A stretch of DNA of 64,000 nt from Acidobacteriota bacterium (GCA_029263315.1 JAJCXR010000048.1:265768-329767), one strand, 5' to 3'. Positions 28,697-38,159 are shown, counted from the first letter of the stretch. Program-made: numbers and translations. Notes: generated by a model not told the origin, from the sequence alone.

Positions 28697-29479
28697 ATGA
28701 AAGCCGAAACCCGACGCCACCTAGTGGCCCTCAACCGGCGCTTCTACCAGCGCCATAGTCAAGCCTTCGACGGCAGCCGGCAGCGGCCGTGGCGCGGTTG
28801 GCAACGCCTGGTGGAGTTACTGGAAGCCCCGTCGACAAGATCGGCGGACGGCGAGCCCCTGCGGGTGCTCGACGCCGGCTGCGGCAACGGTCGCTTGGCC
28901 TCCTTTCTACGGGATGCCTTGCCACGTCCCCTACACTATGTCGGCGTCGACTCCAGCCCGGAGCTGCTCGCCCAGGCGGCACAACGGCCGGCGGCTCAGA
29001 CCCTCGTCGAGGCCGATCTGCTGTCCGATGAGCTGGAGCAGAAGGTCGGTGAGCGGCGCTTTGATCTGGTGACCAGCTTCGGAGTCTTGCATCATGTGCC
29101 CGGTTTGGCGACGCGCCTCGAGCTGTTGCAAACCCTGGCGGGATTCTGCCGTCCAGGAGGACTCCTGGTGGTCTCGGTGTGGCGCTTGGATCGGCAACCC
29201 CGCTTCGCCGACAAGGTCATCCCATGGACTGAGTACCTGGGTGCCGAAGAGACGGCTGGCCCACCCCTCGACCTGAACGATCTAGAGCCGGGGGATGTCT
29301 TGCTCGGCTGGTCCGGCGATCGCAGCCACCCGCGCTACTGCCACTTCCCCGACGACGCCGAGTTGGTGGTTTGGCAGCAGCATTTCGATCGGCAGCACCT
29401 CGATCGTCCAACGGTGCATCGGTGGCCCGCCGATGGCGCCGACGGTGCCACCAATCTCTACCTGGCCTGGCCTTGCTGA
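28697..29479 (+). CDS. class-I SAM-dependent methyltransferase
   Basis: motif I 'VLDAGCGNGRLA'; ~260 aa from MKAETRRH (track ORF starts 28631 but would overlap the divergent Elp3 start). Confidence 0.7.
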   Translation: MKAETRRHLVALNRRFYQRHSQAFDGSRQRPWRGWQRLVELLEAPSTRSADGEPLRVLDAGCGNGRLASFLRDALPRPLHYVGVDSSPELLAQAAQRPAAQTLVEADLLSDELEQKVGERRFDLVTSFGVLHHVPGLATRLELLQTLAGFCRPGGLLVVSVWRLDRQPRFADKVIPWTEYLGAEETAGPPLDLNDLEPGDVLLGWSGDRSHPRYCHFPDDAELVVWQQHFDRQHLDRPTVHRWPADGADGATNLYLAWPC

Positions 29480-29617
29480 CACTGGCTGTCAGGGCACCGT
29501 GTTAGGATAGCGAAAATGCCGCAGCACGGCATTCGCGCCGCACGGCGGCACACAACCATTGCATCTACGGGTCGGGCTCGACGCCCCACCTTCGCCACAC
29601 TTCGGAAGTCCCGCCCC

Positions 29618-30373
29618 ATGCTGAGAACCTACATCCGCTTTCCACTGCTGATCTTGGTCACCTTGATGGCCTATGCCATCAATCTGGCGTCCCACTGGTT
29701 CCTTCGCCCCTTTTCACAGCGTCTCTATGTACGCGGCCGAGGCGTCGCCTTCCGCTTCTGGTGCCGTAGCTTCGCCCTCCTTTGCGGTATGCGGGTCAAG
29801 CTGGTCGGCACCCCTCCCCGGGGACGTTTTTTCCTGGTATCGAACCACGTGAGCTACGTCGACATCATCCTCTTGGGCCACTTCATCGACGCCGCCTTCA
29901 TCGCCAAATCAGAGCTTCGGCAGTGGCCGGTCCTCGGCCGGGTCTTCGCTACCGCCGACACCATTTTCATCGATCGCAGCCGCAAGAAGGACATCCTGCG
30001 GGTGATGGAAGATGTGGACACACGCCTCGACATGGGGCTCGGCATCCTGCTCTTCCCCGAGGGCACCAGCGGCAAGGGCGACCAATTGCTGCGCTTCAAG
30101 CCTTCGGTGTTGCAAGTCCCCGCCGAGAGTCGCGACCCGGTGTATTGCGCCACCCTCCACTACCAAACCCCGGAGGGCTGCCTGAAGGCGTCGGAAGCGG
30201 TCTGCTGGTGGGGCGATGAAGACTTCCTACCCCATGCCAAGCGCCTGACCCGGCTCCCCCATTTCGAGGCCACCGTCCATTTCAGCGAAGAGCCCTTCGT
30301 GGCCGACGATCGTAAGGTGCTGGCGGACCGATTGCGGGTTGCCATGGAAGAGCAGTTCGTTCCCATGGAGTGA
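29618..30373 (+). CDS. lysophospholipid (1-acyl-sn-glycerol-3-phosphate) acyltransferase family protein
   Basis: 'NHVSYVDI' (HX4D) and 'FPEGTSG' motifs; N-terminal TM; start at MLRTYIRF (track 29516). Confidence 0.75.
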   Translation: MLRTYIRFPLLILVTLMAYAINLASHWFLRPFSQRLYVRGRGVAFRFWCRSFALLCGMRVKLVGTPPRGRFFLVSNHVSYVDIILLGHFIDAAFIAKSELRQWPVLGRVFATADTIFIDRSRKKDILRVMEDVDTRLDMGLGILLFPEGTSGKGDQLLRFKPSVLQVPAESRDPVYCATLHYQTPEGCLKASEAVCWWGDEDFLPHAKRLTRLPHFEATVHFSEEPFVADDRKVLADRLRVAMEEQFVPME

Positions 30374-30394
30374 GGCGGCAAACGCCCGAACCCT

Positions 30395-32620
30395 CTACAT
30401 CCCTTCCCCGCCACCGGCCTCACCTTCGTCCACGGCAATGCCGTAGACGTGCTCGATACCCCGCAGAATCAGCAGACCTTCGGAGATCGCCGGGGTGGTC
30501 ATCACCACTTCACCGAGCTCGTTACGTCCTAGCTCTTCGTAGGTCTTACCGGCCCGCACGACATAGGTAATTCCCTCCTCGGAGGTGATTAAGAGGCGTC
30601 CATCGGCGGCCACCGGCGAGGCGCTGAAACTGGTGCCGGAATCCACCCGTTGCCGGTACAACCGTTCGCCGGTGGTGGCGTCATAGGCGGCGAGCCGTCC
30701 TCCGTTGTTGAGCATGTAGAGGATGCCGCGGTAGTAGATGGGCGTCGGGATATAGGTGCCACCGGGATTGACCGACCAGGCGATGTGGTCATTGGAAGTG
30801 GCGTCGTCAGTCAACGACAGGTCGCCACGGCCGCCGGGTTTTATGGCATAAATGGGGCGAGCAGGTGGATAGCCCCCGGTGACAAACGCCATGCCCTCGC
30901 CGATGACCGGCGTGCCGACGGTGACCTCCGAGTTGGGCGACAAGGTCCACAGCTCCTCGCCGGTGGCGGCGTTGTAACCGCGCACCGTCGTACCGTTGGT
31001 AACGATCTCGTCGACCCCATCCGGGTCGGTGGCAGGCAATACCGTCGGCGTCCCCCAAGTAGGAATCTCATCCCGCTCGGTACGCCACAATTGCTCGCCC
31101 GTCTCGAGGTCCAGGGCGGCGATGAAGGAGCCCTGGTGGATGTCGGTCTGCAAGATGATGCGACCGTCGTGGAGAATCGGTGAGCTGGCGAACCCCCACT
31201 CGTAGGACGCATCGTAGAACCAGCCACTATTGAGCGTGCCGAGATCCTTCTTCCACTTCAGATTGCCATCCATGTCGTAACAGAAGATGCCCTCGGAGGC
31301 GAAATGGGCCACGACAAACCGTCCATCGGTCACCGCCGTTGGGTTCGCATGGCTCGACTTGAGATGCCGCTTGACCTGGGGCGATCGACGGCTGGCCTCC
31401 CGCTGCCAAAGGATCTCACCGCTGAGCCGGTCGAGGGCATAGACCTTCCAAACGTGCTCCGACACATCATCGACGGAATCCACGTCGCCGTAAAGACCGG
31501 TGCGGAAGGTGTCGTCCGCCGCCCCCGAAATAGCCGTGGTGATGAAGACACGGTCGCCCCACACCACCGGGCTGGAAAGGCCGATTCCCGGAATCTTCGT
31601 CCGCCATCGGATGTGCTCGCCGCTCTCCCCCTGCCAGGTGAAGGGGATACCCTGGCCGTCCCCGTCGCCCGACGCGTTGGCCCCCCGGAAAGCGGGCCAA
31701 GGTCTAGCAGCTTGGCGCTGCGCCGGTGGCAGTGCCACCGAAGCCGTCACAGGAGCGGTCTCGGACTGAGCGTCCGGCGCATGACGGGCAAACGTCAGCT
31801 CGAAGTCGCCCCGCCGCAAGACAAAACCTTCGACGAGCCCACCTCGGCCCCTGAAGGTGATTTCGATGCCCGGCTCCTGACGTACCAAGAAAGAATCCTC
31901 GCCGACACCATCCAACGTCCAGACAGGGGGATCGCCGACCTGGGCTTTGAGCTCTTCCCCTTCGACGAACAATCTGGCCATCAACTCCCGTTCTTCGTTC
32001 CGAAACTGGCCCACATAGCTTTGCCGCTGAGCGTCGTTCAGGGTGCGAACCTGCTGCGCCACCACCGCCGTCTCCGGCAAGGCCGACGCCAACAACGCCG
32101 CCACCTCCGGCTGCGCATCCGCCGCCTGCCGCTGAGCTGCTTGGATGTCCGCCGGCTCGATCTTCTGCGTCTTCAAAGCCGCCTTGGCCAGCTCGACATC
32201 CCCCTGACGCACCGCCATCGAAAGCGCCTCCTTGGCGTCCGCCGGGCCTTCCTCCAGCAACCGCAGCACGATCTGACGATGCACCGCCGAGTCTTCCATC
32301 TTCGAAAGCCCCCATCCAAGGGGCGTCGCTTCGTAAAACGTGTCGGTAACGTCGACGCTAGCGCCCTTGGCCAGCAGCACCTCCACCATCTCCCGGTGCC
32401 CCTTGTCGACGGCAAAGAACAATGCCGTGGCCCCGTAGCGGGACTTGCTGTCAACGTCCACGCCAGCCGTCAAGAGACGCTTCACCGTCGGCAAGTCTTG
32501 GCGTTGGGATGCGGCGATCAACTCACGGCCGGAGTCCTCGTCCGCCGACGCCGTCACGCCGGCCCCAAGGCACCAAGCCAGCAGGAATACCAAGGTCAAT
32601 GCTCTTCGACGATCGCTCAT
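30395..32620 (-). CDS. secreted protein with ankyrin repeats and PQQ/BamB-like beta-propeller
   Basis: signal peptide MSDRRRALTLVFLLAWCLGAGVTASA; ankyrin 'GATALFFAVDKGHREMVEVLLAKGASVDV'; repeated W/G propeller blades; aggag SD before ATG 32620 (track ORF extends to 33013). Confidence 0.7.
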   Translation of the reverse strand: MSDRRRALTLVFLLAWCLGAGVTASADEDSGRELIAASQRQDLPTVKRLLTAGVDVDSKSRYGATALFFAVDKGHREMVEVLLAKGASVDVTDTFYEATPLGWGLSKMEDSAVHRQIVLRLLEEGPADAKEALSMAVRQGDVELAKAALKTQKIEPADIQAAQRQAADAQPEVAALLASALPETAVVAQQVRTLNDAQRQSYVGQFRNEERELMARLFVEGEELKAQVGDPPVWTLDGVGEDSFLVRQEPGIEITFRGRGGLVEGFVLRRGDFELTFARHAPDAQSETAPVTASVALPPAQRQAARPWPAFRGANASGDGDGQGIPFTWQGESGEHIRWRTKIPGIGLSSPVVWGDRVFITTAISGAADDTFRTGLYGDVDSVDDVSEHVWKVYALDRLSGEILWQREASRRSPQVKRHLKSSHANPTAVTDGRFVVAHFASEGIFCYDMDGNLKWKKDLGTLNSGWFYDASYEWGFASSPILHDGRIILQTDIHQGSFIAALDLETGEQLWRTERDEIPTWGTPTVLPATDPDGVDEIVTNGTTVRGYNAATGEELWTLSPNSEVTVGTPVIGEGMAFVTGGYPPARPIYAIKPGGRGDLSLTDDATSNDHIAWSVNPGGTYIPTPIYYRGILYMLNNGGRLAAYDATTGERLYRQRVDSGTSFSASPVAADGRLLITSEEGITYVVRAGKTYEELGRNELGEVVMTTPAISEGLLILRGIEHVYGIAVDEGEAGGGEGM

Positions 32621-32879
32621 AATGCGTCTCCTAGTGGATAGAGCCTCGACTCTACCGGAAATAGGTGCCATGCACCTTGTTGGAATGTGCGTGGCACTTG
32701 GTTGGAAGTGGTTGAAAGTGGCCCCGCAGAAGGTGCCTGCCCAGCTCACCCTCCACCTATGCTCCACCCAAAGACGCACCCCCTCCAACTCGAGCCACCA
32801 GCTCGACGGATTCCCGGAAGTCAAAGGTTCTCGGGACCTCATCGGCCAGCTTCTCCGGCAAAGCCGACCGACAGCGGCC

Positions 32880-33845
32880 TCAGGCAGGCTGCCCTCTAGC
32901 CACCGCTGGACCACCGGGGACGGCGAAGGGCACAAAGGGTAGCGACGGCGGAAACGTTCCTGCGGGGAATACAGCCGTGCGATCACCGGAGCGCAAGGCC
33001 TCCGATGCCGCATAAAAGGCAGCGAGCACTTGCCGCCAGGTCTCGATCATGGACTCCAAGACTTCCCGCGCCACAGCATGGAAGCGCGGCTGTGGAGAGC
33101 TCTCGACATCTTTTGGACATTGATAAGGATCCTGAGCCAAGACAGCCTCGACGCCCAGGCTGGTCTTGCCCGTGACTCGACGTTCCTCTGCCCCTTGCCG
33201 ATCGATGTCCTCCACCAAGTCTGCCACCGCCAGTCGCCAAGCGGCTTCCGGCAGGTGCTCCCAGCAAGGCAGTGGCGACAGTCTAAGCTCCATCACTTGC
33301 CTTCTCTCCAATCTCTCGACAGCATTCTTGTGCTTCCGCTTGTCGGCCCATGCGGCGGTTCGATCGAGCCAAAGCCCCAGGAGCGGAGTGTCATCGATCA
33401 GCGACGCCGCACAGTGGACGCCGGGCCATTGACGGACCCTATCGACGAGATTCTCTTTGACGCCATGGCTCAGCACGTATCGCAGCACACGGACTTGCGC
33501 CGCTTCTTCATCACTGACCGTGGTCGAGTGGTAGCGCCGGGCGAAAAAGGGGCCAGGGAGTCCCCGCAGGCGGCCACCGATCTCCTTGGCGAGATTGGTT
33601 TTCAAGAAACACATGAAATCCGCCAAGTGGCGACCATCCCGTGGACGCAACAAAAGGTGGTAGTGCGACGAAAAAACCACCGCCGCACAGATCGTCATGC
33701 CGTGCTTCTCTTGTGCCTTGCCGAGGACACCCAAAAAAGTTTCGTTGAGCATCTCGCTCGGGCAGAGCAGGAATCGGTGGTGAGCGACCACGTCGACGAC
33801 ATGTTGCAGACTGTTGGCGAGAATGTATCTGGGATCGCGGCCCAT
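32880..33845 (-). CDS. IS200/RayT-like HUH (Y1) transposase-domain protein, ~320 aa
   Basis: N-terminal 'AAVVFSSHYHLLLRP' HuH-like motif, 'RRYHSTTV' Tyr region; aggagg SD before ATG 33845. Confidence 0.45.
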   Translation of the reverse strand: MGRDPRYILANSLQHVVDVVAHHRFLLCPSEMLNETFLGVLGKAQEKHGMTICAAVVFSSHYHLLLRPRDGRHLADFMCFLKTNLAKEIGGRLRGLPGPFFARRYHSTTVSDEEAAQVRVLRYVLSHGVKENLVDRVRQWPGVHCAASLIDDTPLLGLWLDRTAAWADKRKHKNAVERLERRQVMELRLSPLPCWEHLPEAAWRLAVADLVEDIDRQGAEERRVTGKTSLGVEAVLAQDPYQCPKDVESSPQPRFHAVAREVLESMIETWRQVLAAFYAASEALRSGDRTAVFPAGTFPPSLPFVPFAVPGGPAVARGQPA

Positions 33846-33920
33846 GGCGGGTCCTCCTGGGCCCAAGGGAGCTCGCGACATTGCGAGGCCCAACCTGGGC
33901 TTCTAGGAGGACATGACGTA

Positions 33921-34037
33921 AAACGGACCGGTTATTTGAACGACCTGATACTAGAACGGCCTGTTATTGGAACGGACCTGTTATTGGAACGGACCTGAAG
34001 TTGGAACAGACCTGTAGTTGAAACGGCCTGCGATGCG
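33921..34037. repeat. ~17-bp degenerate tandem repeat (aacggacctgttattgg) x 7, upstream of the HUH-transposase-like gene
   Basis: read directly: aaacggaccggttatttg / aacgacctgatactag / aacggcctgttattgg / aacggacctgttattgg / aacggacctgaagttgg / aacagacctgtagttga / aacggcctgcgatgcg. Confidence 0.85.
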
Positions 34038-34128
34038 AGCCGCCGAAGAAAAGCAGCGGCGCCTTCCCACGCCCCAGGGCGATTTAGCAGTCGTGTCATC
34101 GCCGTAGTAGCGATTTCCACGAGGGGGC

Positions 34129-34872
34129 TCAGAAGCCAATCCGCCGCATGACGAAGCGCGGCAACAGGCGGATCACCCACATGATGAGACGCCACATGAA
34201 CGGTGTGTAGACCAAGGGCTCACCTCGGTCCATGGCCTTCAGAACGCGTCGCGCCACGGCATCGGGCTCACCGGCAAAGGGCGGTGGTTTCAGACCAGCC
34301 GTCATACCGGTCTTGATAAAACCCGGTTTGACCGCAACCGTTACCAGCCCTTGACTGCGAAATTTGTGATCTAGGGATTCCAGATAGTGGGCCAGCCCCG
34401 CCTTGCTGGCGCCGTAGATCGCCACCGGCTTGCGGCCACGATCCCCGGCCACCGAGCCGAACACGCAGAGAATACCGCCGCCGACGGTCAGAAGACGCTC
34501 CCGCGCCTCTTCGCAGAACAACACCGTGTTGGTGAAATTGACGGTCAACAGCTTCTTGGCCCGCTGTCGGTCTTGCTCGAGCTCATCTTGGGGTGCAAAA
34601 AGCCCCGCCGTCACCACCACGGCGTCGATCTTGCCGAGGGTGGCCGTCGCCGCGTCCAAGGCGGGTGAAAACGTGCTGTCGTCCAGCAAGTCACAGGGCG
34701 CCTGGCCAACAAATCCTACCTTCTGTTGACCGCGCACCTCCAGATCTCGGGCACTGCGTTCCAGATCCTCGGCATCACGGCCCAAAAGGAAGAGACGATC
34801 CCCCCGCTCCGCCATCAGGCGAGCCAGCGCCCGCCCCATACCCTTGGTAGCACCTAGAAATACGATATTCAT
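34129..34872 (-). CDS. short-chain dehydrogenase/reductase (SDR)
   Basis: 'VFLGATKGMGRALA' cofactor motif, 'YGASKAGL' YxxxK. Confidence 0.8.
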   Translation of the reverse strand: MNIVFLGATKGMGRALARLMAERGDRLFLLGRDAEDLERSARDLEVRGQQKVGFVGQAPCDLLDDSTFSPALDAATATLGKIDAVVVTAGLFAPQDELEQDRQRAKKLLTVNFTNTVLFCEEARERLLTVGGGILCVFGSVAGDRGRKPVAIYGASKAGLAHYLESLDHKFRSQGLVTVAVKPGFIKTGMTAGLKPPPFAGEPDAVARRVLKAMDRGEPLVYTPFMWRLIMWVIRLLPRFVMRRIGF

Positions 34873-34918
34873 GATCCCCGCAGCCTATCCTAGAAATCTT
34901 CTTGTTAGTACGCCTTCT

Positions 34919-35176
34919 CGGGAATACGCTGACCTATCGAGCAGCAAGCGAAACGCCGCGGGCGGATGCATCGGCGCTCGAATACCAGCTATTTTTGAAA
35001 AGGTGTACTTAGTACACCTTTCCGGAAATACGGTGACGTATTGAGAGCACCGAGGCGCCGCGTCCGCAAGGCTTGCGAGCGAGGCATAGTGGGGCTCTGT
35101 TGCAGCGAGCGTAACGCCGCGGACGCGGATGCTTCGGCGCTCGAATACCAGCGTATTTTTGAAAAGGTGTACTTAG
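34919..35176. repeat. composite direct repeat: two ~75-bp imperfect copies (...gcgctcgaataccagc(g)tatttttgaaaaggtgtacttag) plus duplicated 'gaatacgctgacctatcgag'-like sub-repeat
   Basis: copy 1 ~34939-35011, copy 2 ~35107-35176; sub-repeats 34919-34941 and 35022-35045; lies between Hpt gene stop and SDR gene start. Confidence 0.8.
34998..35020. promoter_or_regulatory. perfect 23-bp palindrome aaaggtgtact-t-agtacaccttt (candidate operator/dimer-binding site or bidirectional terminator core)
   Basis: 11-bp perfect arms around a single central nt; flanked by ttttt upstream; only the left half-site recurs at 35163-35176. Confidence 0.6.
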
Positions 35177-35610
35177 CTGCCAGGCGCCGGGTCGATACCT
35201 ACCAGATGGGCGATCAGCTCGTCCGCCGCCTGCTGCACCTCGCCGAGGAGACGCCGACAGCCCGCCGCGTCACCGTCGGCGGCCCGTGTTTGCAAGGCGT
35301 TGCATTTGCGGTACAAGGCCCTGCCTCCGAGGGCACCGGCGGACCCCGCCAAACCATGGGCCCAGCGCCCCACCGCAGCGTAATCCCTAGCCTCCAGGGC
35401 CGACCCCATGGACGCTAACGACACCGGAACCTGACGCCGGAAAGCGACCAGCACCTCCTCGAGCACCCCCCTCGACCCCTCGGCGGAGCGTCCGCCACCG
35501 TCGAGCTGACGGATCTGGGCAAGGCGCTCCGCGATCGAGGTCCGGTCCTCGTAGTCCCTAGCCCCAGGCATGGAGATTTTCCCGCTGCTCACCATCCGCA
35601 AACTCCGCAT
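35173..35610 (-). CDS. Hpt (histidine phosphotransfer) domain protein
   Basis: 'AHGLAGSAGALGGRAL' = Hpt 'HxxKGSxxxxGA' motif; start uncertain. Confidence 0.55.
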   Translation of the reverse strand: MRSLRMVSSGKISMPGARDYEDRTSIAERLAQIRQLDGGGRSAEGSRGVLEEVLVAFRRQVPVSLASMGSALEARDYAAVGRWAHGLAGSAGALGGRALYRKCNALQTRAADGDAAGCRRLLGEVQQAADELIAHLVGIDPAPGS

Positions 35611-35736
35611 TTAAGCAACCCCGCGATTTCAGCTCGGCACCAAGGGAGGCCCGCGCCGAGTCTGACTCCGACGCTTTGTCCGTAAAGACTGATACTATCC
35701 TCTCACCATTTCACTGCCTTAAACGCGTCAAAGATC

Positions 35737-36396
35737 ATGATGCCACCGAACATCCAAGTTCTGATTGTCGACGACCATTTCATCGTGCGCAAAGGCATTG
35801 AGGCGATGCTGACTGGTTTTGAAGACATCGTGGTGATCGGGGAGGCAAACAACGGTCTCGACGCCCTGCAACTCAGCCAAAGCCTCGAGCCGGACATCAT
35901 CTTGATGGACCTTCTGATGCCCAAGATGGACGGTGTTGAAGCTACCCGCCGCATCCTGGAATCGAAGCCCACATGCCGCATCCTGATCCTCAGCGGCTAC
36001 GCGACCGAGCGGGAAACCCTGGAAGCCGTCCGCGCCGGGGCCTCTGGCTTCCTTTCCAAGGACTGCACCGCCGAAGCCCTTGCCGAAGCCATCCACAAGC
36101 TCCACCGTGGTGAGCTGTCCCTACCCGCCGATATGCTGCCACGGCTCATGCGACACCTTGAAAAGCCGGTCGCAACCAGCCAAGACCTGACCCCACGGGA
36201 GCAAGACGTCCTCAACCTGCTGGCCCAAGGGCTGGATGATAGAGAAATGGCACGCCAGCTCGGCGTTTCCAAGGTGACGGTGCGCTCCCACATCAGCAAT
36301 CTGCTCGCCAAGCTTCAGCTCAAGAACCGTGTCGAGGCAGCCCTCTACGCCCTGCGCCGTAACCCTGCGCTGCAACAGGACGACATAGAGCCCTAG
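35737..36396 (+). CDS. NarL/FixJ-family response regulator (REC + LuxR-type HTH)
   Basis: REC 'VLIVDDH...ILMDLLMPKMDG', HTH 'LTPREQDVLNLLAQGLDDREMARQLGVSKVTVRSHISNLLAKL'. Confidence 0.85.
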   Translation: MMPPNIQVLIVDDHFIVRKGIEAMLTGFEDIVVIGEANNGLDALQLSQSLEPDIILMDLLMPKMDGVEATRRILESKPTCRILILSGYATERETLEAVRAGASGFLSKDCTAEALAEAIHKLHRGELSLPADMLPRLMRHLEKPVATSQDLTPREQDVLNLLAQGLDDREMARQLGVSKVTVRSHISNLLAKLQLKNRVEAALYALRRNPALQQDDIEP

Positions 36397-36610
36397 GGAC
36401 CGAATCTCCACAATCGCTCAGATCAGCCTCAACAAACGTGGAGGAAAAATCCACAAATGGACGGAGACATAGCGAGCGCTGAGCGAAATAATCTAGAGAT
36501 CTCGAACCTGTTGGCGGCTGGAGCGCTCTCTTCACAATCGGGATCACGTTGGCATCCCCTCCCAGAGCGCCTTGAATCGGCTGCCGATACCTAGTGAGCT
36601 CGATGATGTT

Positions 36611-36687
36611 TAGTGACCTGGTGTCAACTTCAAGGTCCTCAAGTGACTCAGGTCCCAAGTGATTCAGTCACCAAGTGTCTCAGGAAG
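36611..36687. repeat. ~15-bp tandem repeats (caagtgactcaggtcc-like) x 3-4 inside a lower-GC intergenic island
   Basis: tcaagtgactcaggtcc / caagtgattcagtcac / caagtgtctcaggaag, preceded by related agtgacctggtgtcaacttcaaggtcc. Confidence 0.75.
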
Positions 36688-36790
36688 CATATTCGGCATT
36701 GATATTCGATGGTCTTGAGATTCAAGAGTGGTAGACACGCTGGATCCTCAAGATCCTTCATCTCCGAGGGTTTTCATATTCGATAGTTCT

Positions 36791-36817
36791 TAAAAGGAGT
36801 CGGCATCCGGAGACTCC
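36791..36817 (-). terminator. candidate terminator of the kinase gene (short hairpin followed by UUUU on minus strand)
   Basis: minus strand: ggagtc...gactcc stem then ttttaag; ~100 nt after the kinase stop at 36914. Confidence 0.35.
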
Positions 36818-36818
36818 A

Positions 36819-36853
36819 GCGGGATCGGCCCAGGGGCCGATCCCGCTATTTAT
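36819..36853 (+). terminator. strong hairpin (12-bp perfect GC-rich stem gcgggatcggcc/ggccgatcccgc, loop cagg) followed by tatttat on plus strand
   Basis: read directly at 36819-36846; U-tract imperfect (UAUUUAU). Confidence 0.45.
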
Positions 36854-36913
36854 CGCTTACCATCTCGGCAGCTCCCAACAATAACTCCGCCTGCCGACCT
36901 CTGCGAAAGCTGC

Positions 36914-38152
36914 TCAGAGGGTAGAGATCAGCTCTTCGAGCCGTCGCCGCAAGGCGCCGATGCTGGGCAGACGATCGTCCTTGGCCTTGGCCATCGCCTG
37001 GCGTACCAAATCTTGTAACGCCCCTCGCAGGACTTGCGACATCTCATCCACCGTCACACGACGCTGCGCCGCCAGACCTTGGCGGGTCGACTCGTCCAGC
37101 CCCTGCCAGCGCTCGCCGAGGCCGACCGTCTCACCCCGCAAGATGGCCTGCACCACCCTCATCAGGCTGAAATTTTCGACCTCGATGGGTAAAACACCGG
37201 CACAGAGCTCGAACAGCAGGATGCCCAGCGCATAGACGTCACTCTGGCCATCGACCGGTCCAAGCTCGCCGTCGATGGATTCGGGAGACACATAGAGGGC
37301 CATCTCCAGGCCTCCACGGGTCAGCACGGCGGATTCGGTGAGGGCATTGGGCAAGACGCTGACGATCCCCGTGTCAGTGATTTTGGGAAGCGGCGATCCG
37401 CCGTTTGTCGACACCAGAATATTGGAGGGTTTGAGCCCCAAGTGGAAATACCCGAGACGGTGGGCATGCTCTAAACCGCGACAAACGTCCAGCACCAAGC
37501 CCAGGCGGTGCTTCAAGGACAGACGGTGTTGTCGGCAATAGCGCATCAGGGTGGGTCCCTCCACCCATTCCGAGCCGTAATAGGCCCTACCATCGGCCTC
37601 GACTCCGCCGTCGATCAAGGTTGCCAGGTTGGGATGCGAAAGTTCCCGCAGCTCGGTCATCGCCTGTGCAAACTGTACCTGCGCGTCCTCTTCCGTCAAA
37701 ACACCGCGCAGCACCTTGAGGGCAGCGATTCTCGGCCTCGAGCCCTCTTCATGGCCCTCAGGGCCGTGGAATTCAGCTCGATAGACCTTGCCGACGCCCC
37801 CCGTACCGACAACTTCCAGCAGATTGAAGAGCCCCAGGGAACGGCGAGCCTTGATCTTGACCCGCCAATCCTCGGGGGCTGGGCCGCGCCGACGACGCGT
37901 CGGGAGGTGCTCGAGATGGGCCCTCAACGAGGCTTGGGAGTCCGACGCCAGCTTGACCGCAGGGCCCTCGAGGAAAACGTCCATGACGTCGCTCTTGCCC
38001 TCGTCCAGACAATTGCGAAGCTCCTTGGCGAGGCTCGGCTCGTCGACTTCGAGGCTTGCCAGGAGGACCTCCCTCGACTGCGTATCACTGGTCAGCGCCT
38101 GTTCCAGCAAGGCGTGGAAGCGGCGCTCGACATCCAGATCCGAGCTTTTCAT
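36914..38152 (-). CDS. Hanks-type Ser/Thr protein kinase homolog with degenerate catalytic motifs (predicted pseudokinase or atypical kinase)
   Basis: G-loop VGTGGVGKVYRA, VAIK Lys 'AALKVL', but HRDLKPxN -> 'HLGLKPSN' (catalytic Asp replaced by Gly) and DFG -> 'DTG'; APE -> 'SPE'. Confidence 0.75.
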   Translation of the reverse strand: MKSSDLDVERRFHALLEQALTSDTQSREVLLASLEVDEPSLAKELRNCLDEGKSDVMDVFLEGPAVKLASDSQASLRAHLEHLPTRRRRGPAPEDWRVKIKARRSLGLFNLLEVVGTGGVGKVYRAEFHGPEGHEEGSRPRIAALKVLRGVLTEEDAQVQFAQAMTELRELSHPNLATLIDGGVEADGRAYYGSEWVEGPTLMRYCRQHRLSLKHRLGLVLDVCRGLEHAHRLGYFHLGLKPSNILVSTNGGSPLPKITDTGIVSVLPNALTESAVLTRGGLEMALYVSPESIDGELGPVDGQSDVYALGILLFELCAGVLPIEVENFSLMRVVQAILRGETVGLGERWQGLDESTRQGLAAQRRVTVDEMSQVLRGALQDLVRQAMAKAKDDRLPSIGALRRRLEELISTL

Positions 38153-38159
38153 CTGAGAT

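Noticed and set aside
35041-35418. 125-aa +strand ORF across the duplicated repeat element and the Hpt gene
   Set aside because: Runs through a non-coding repeat/palindrome and is antisense to the Hpt gene; Arg-rich translation.
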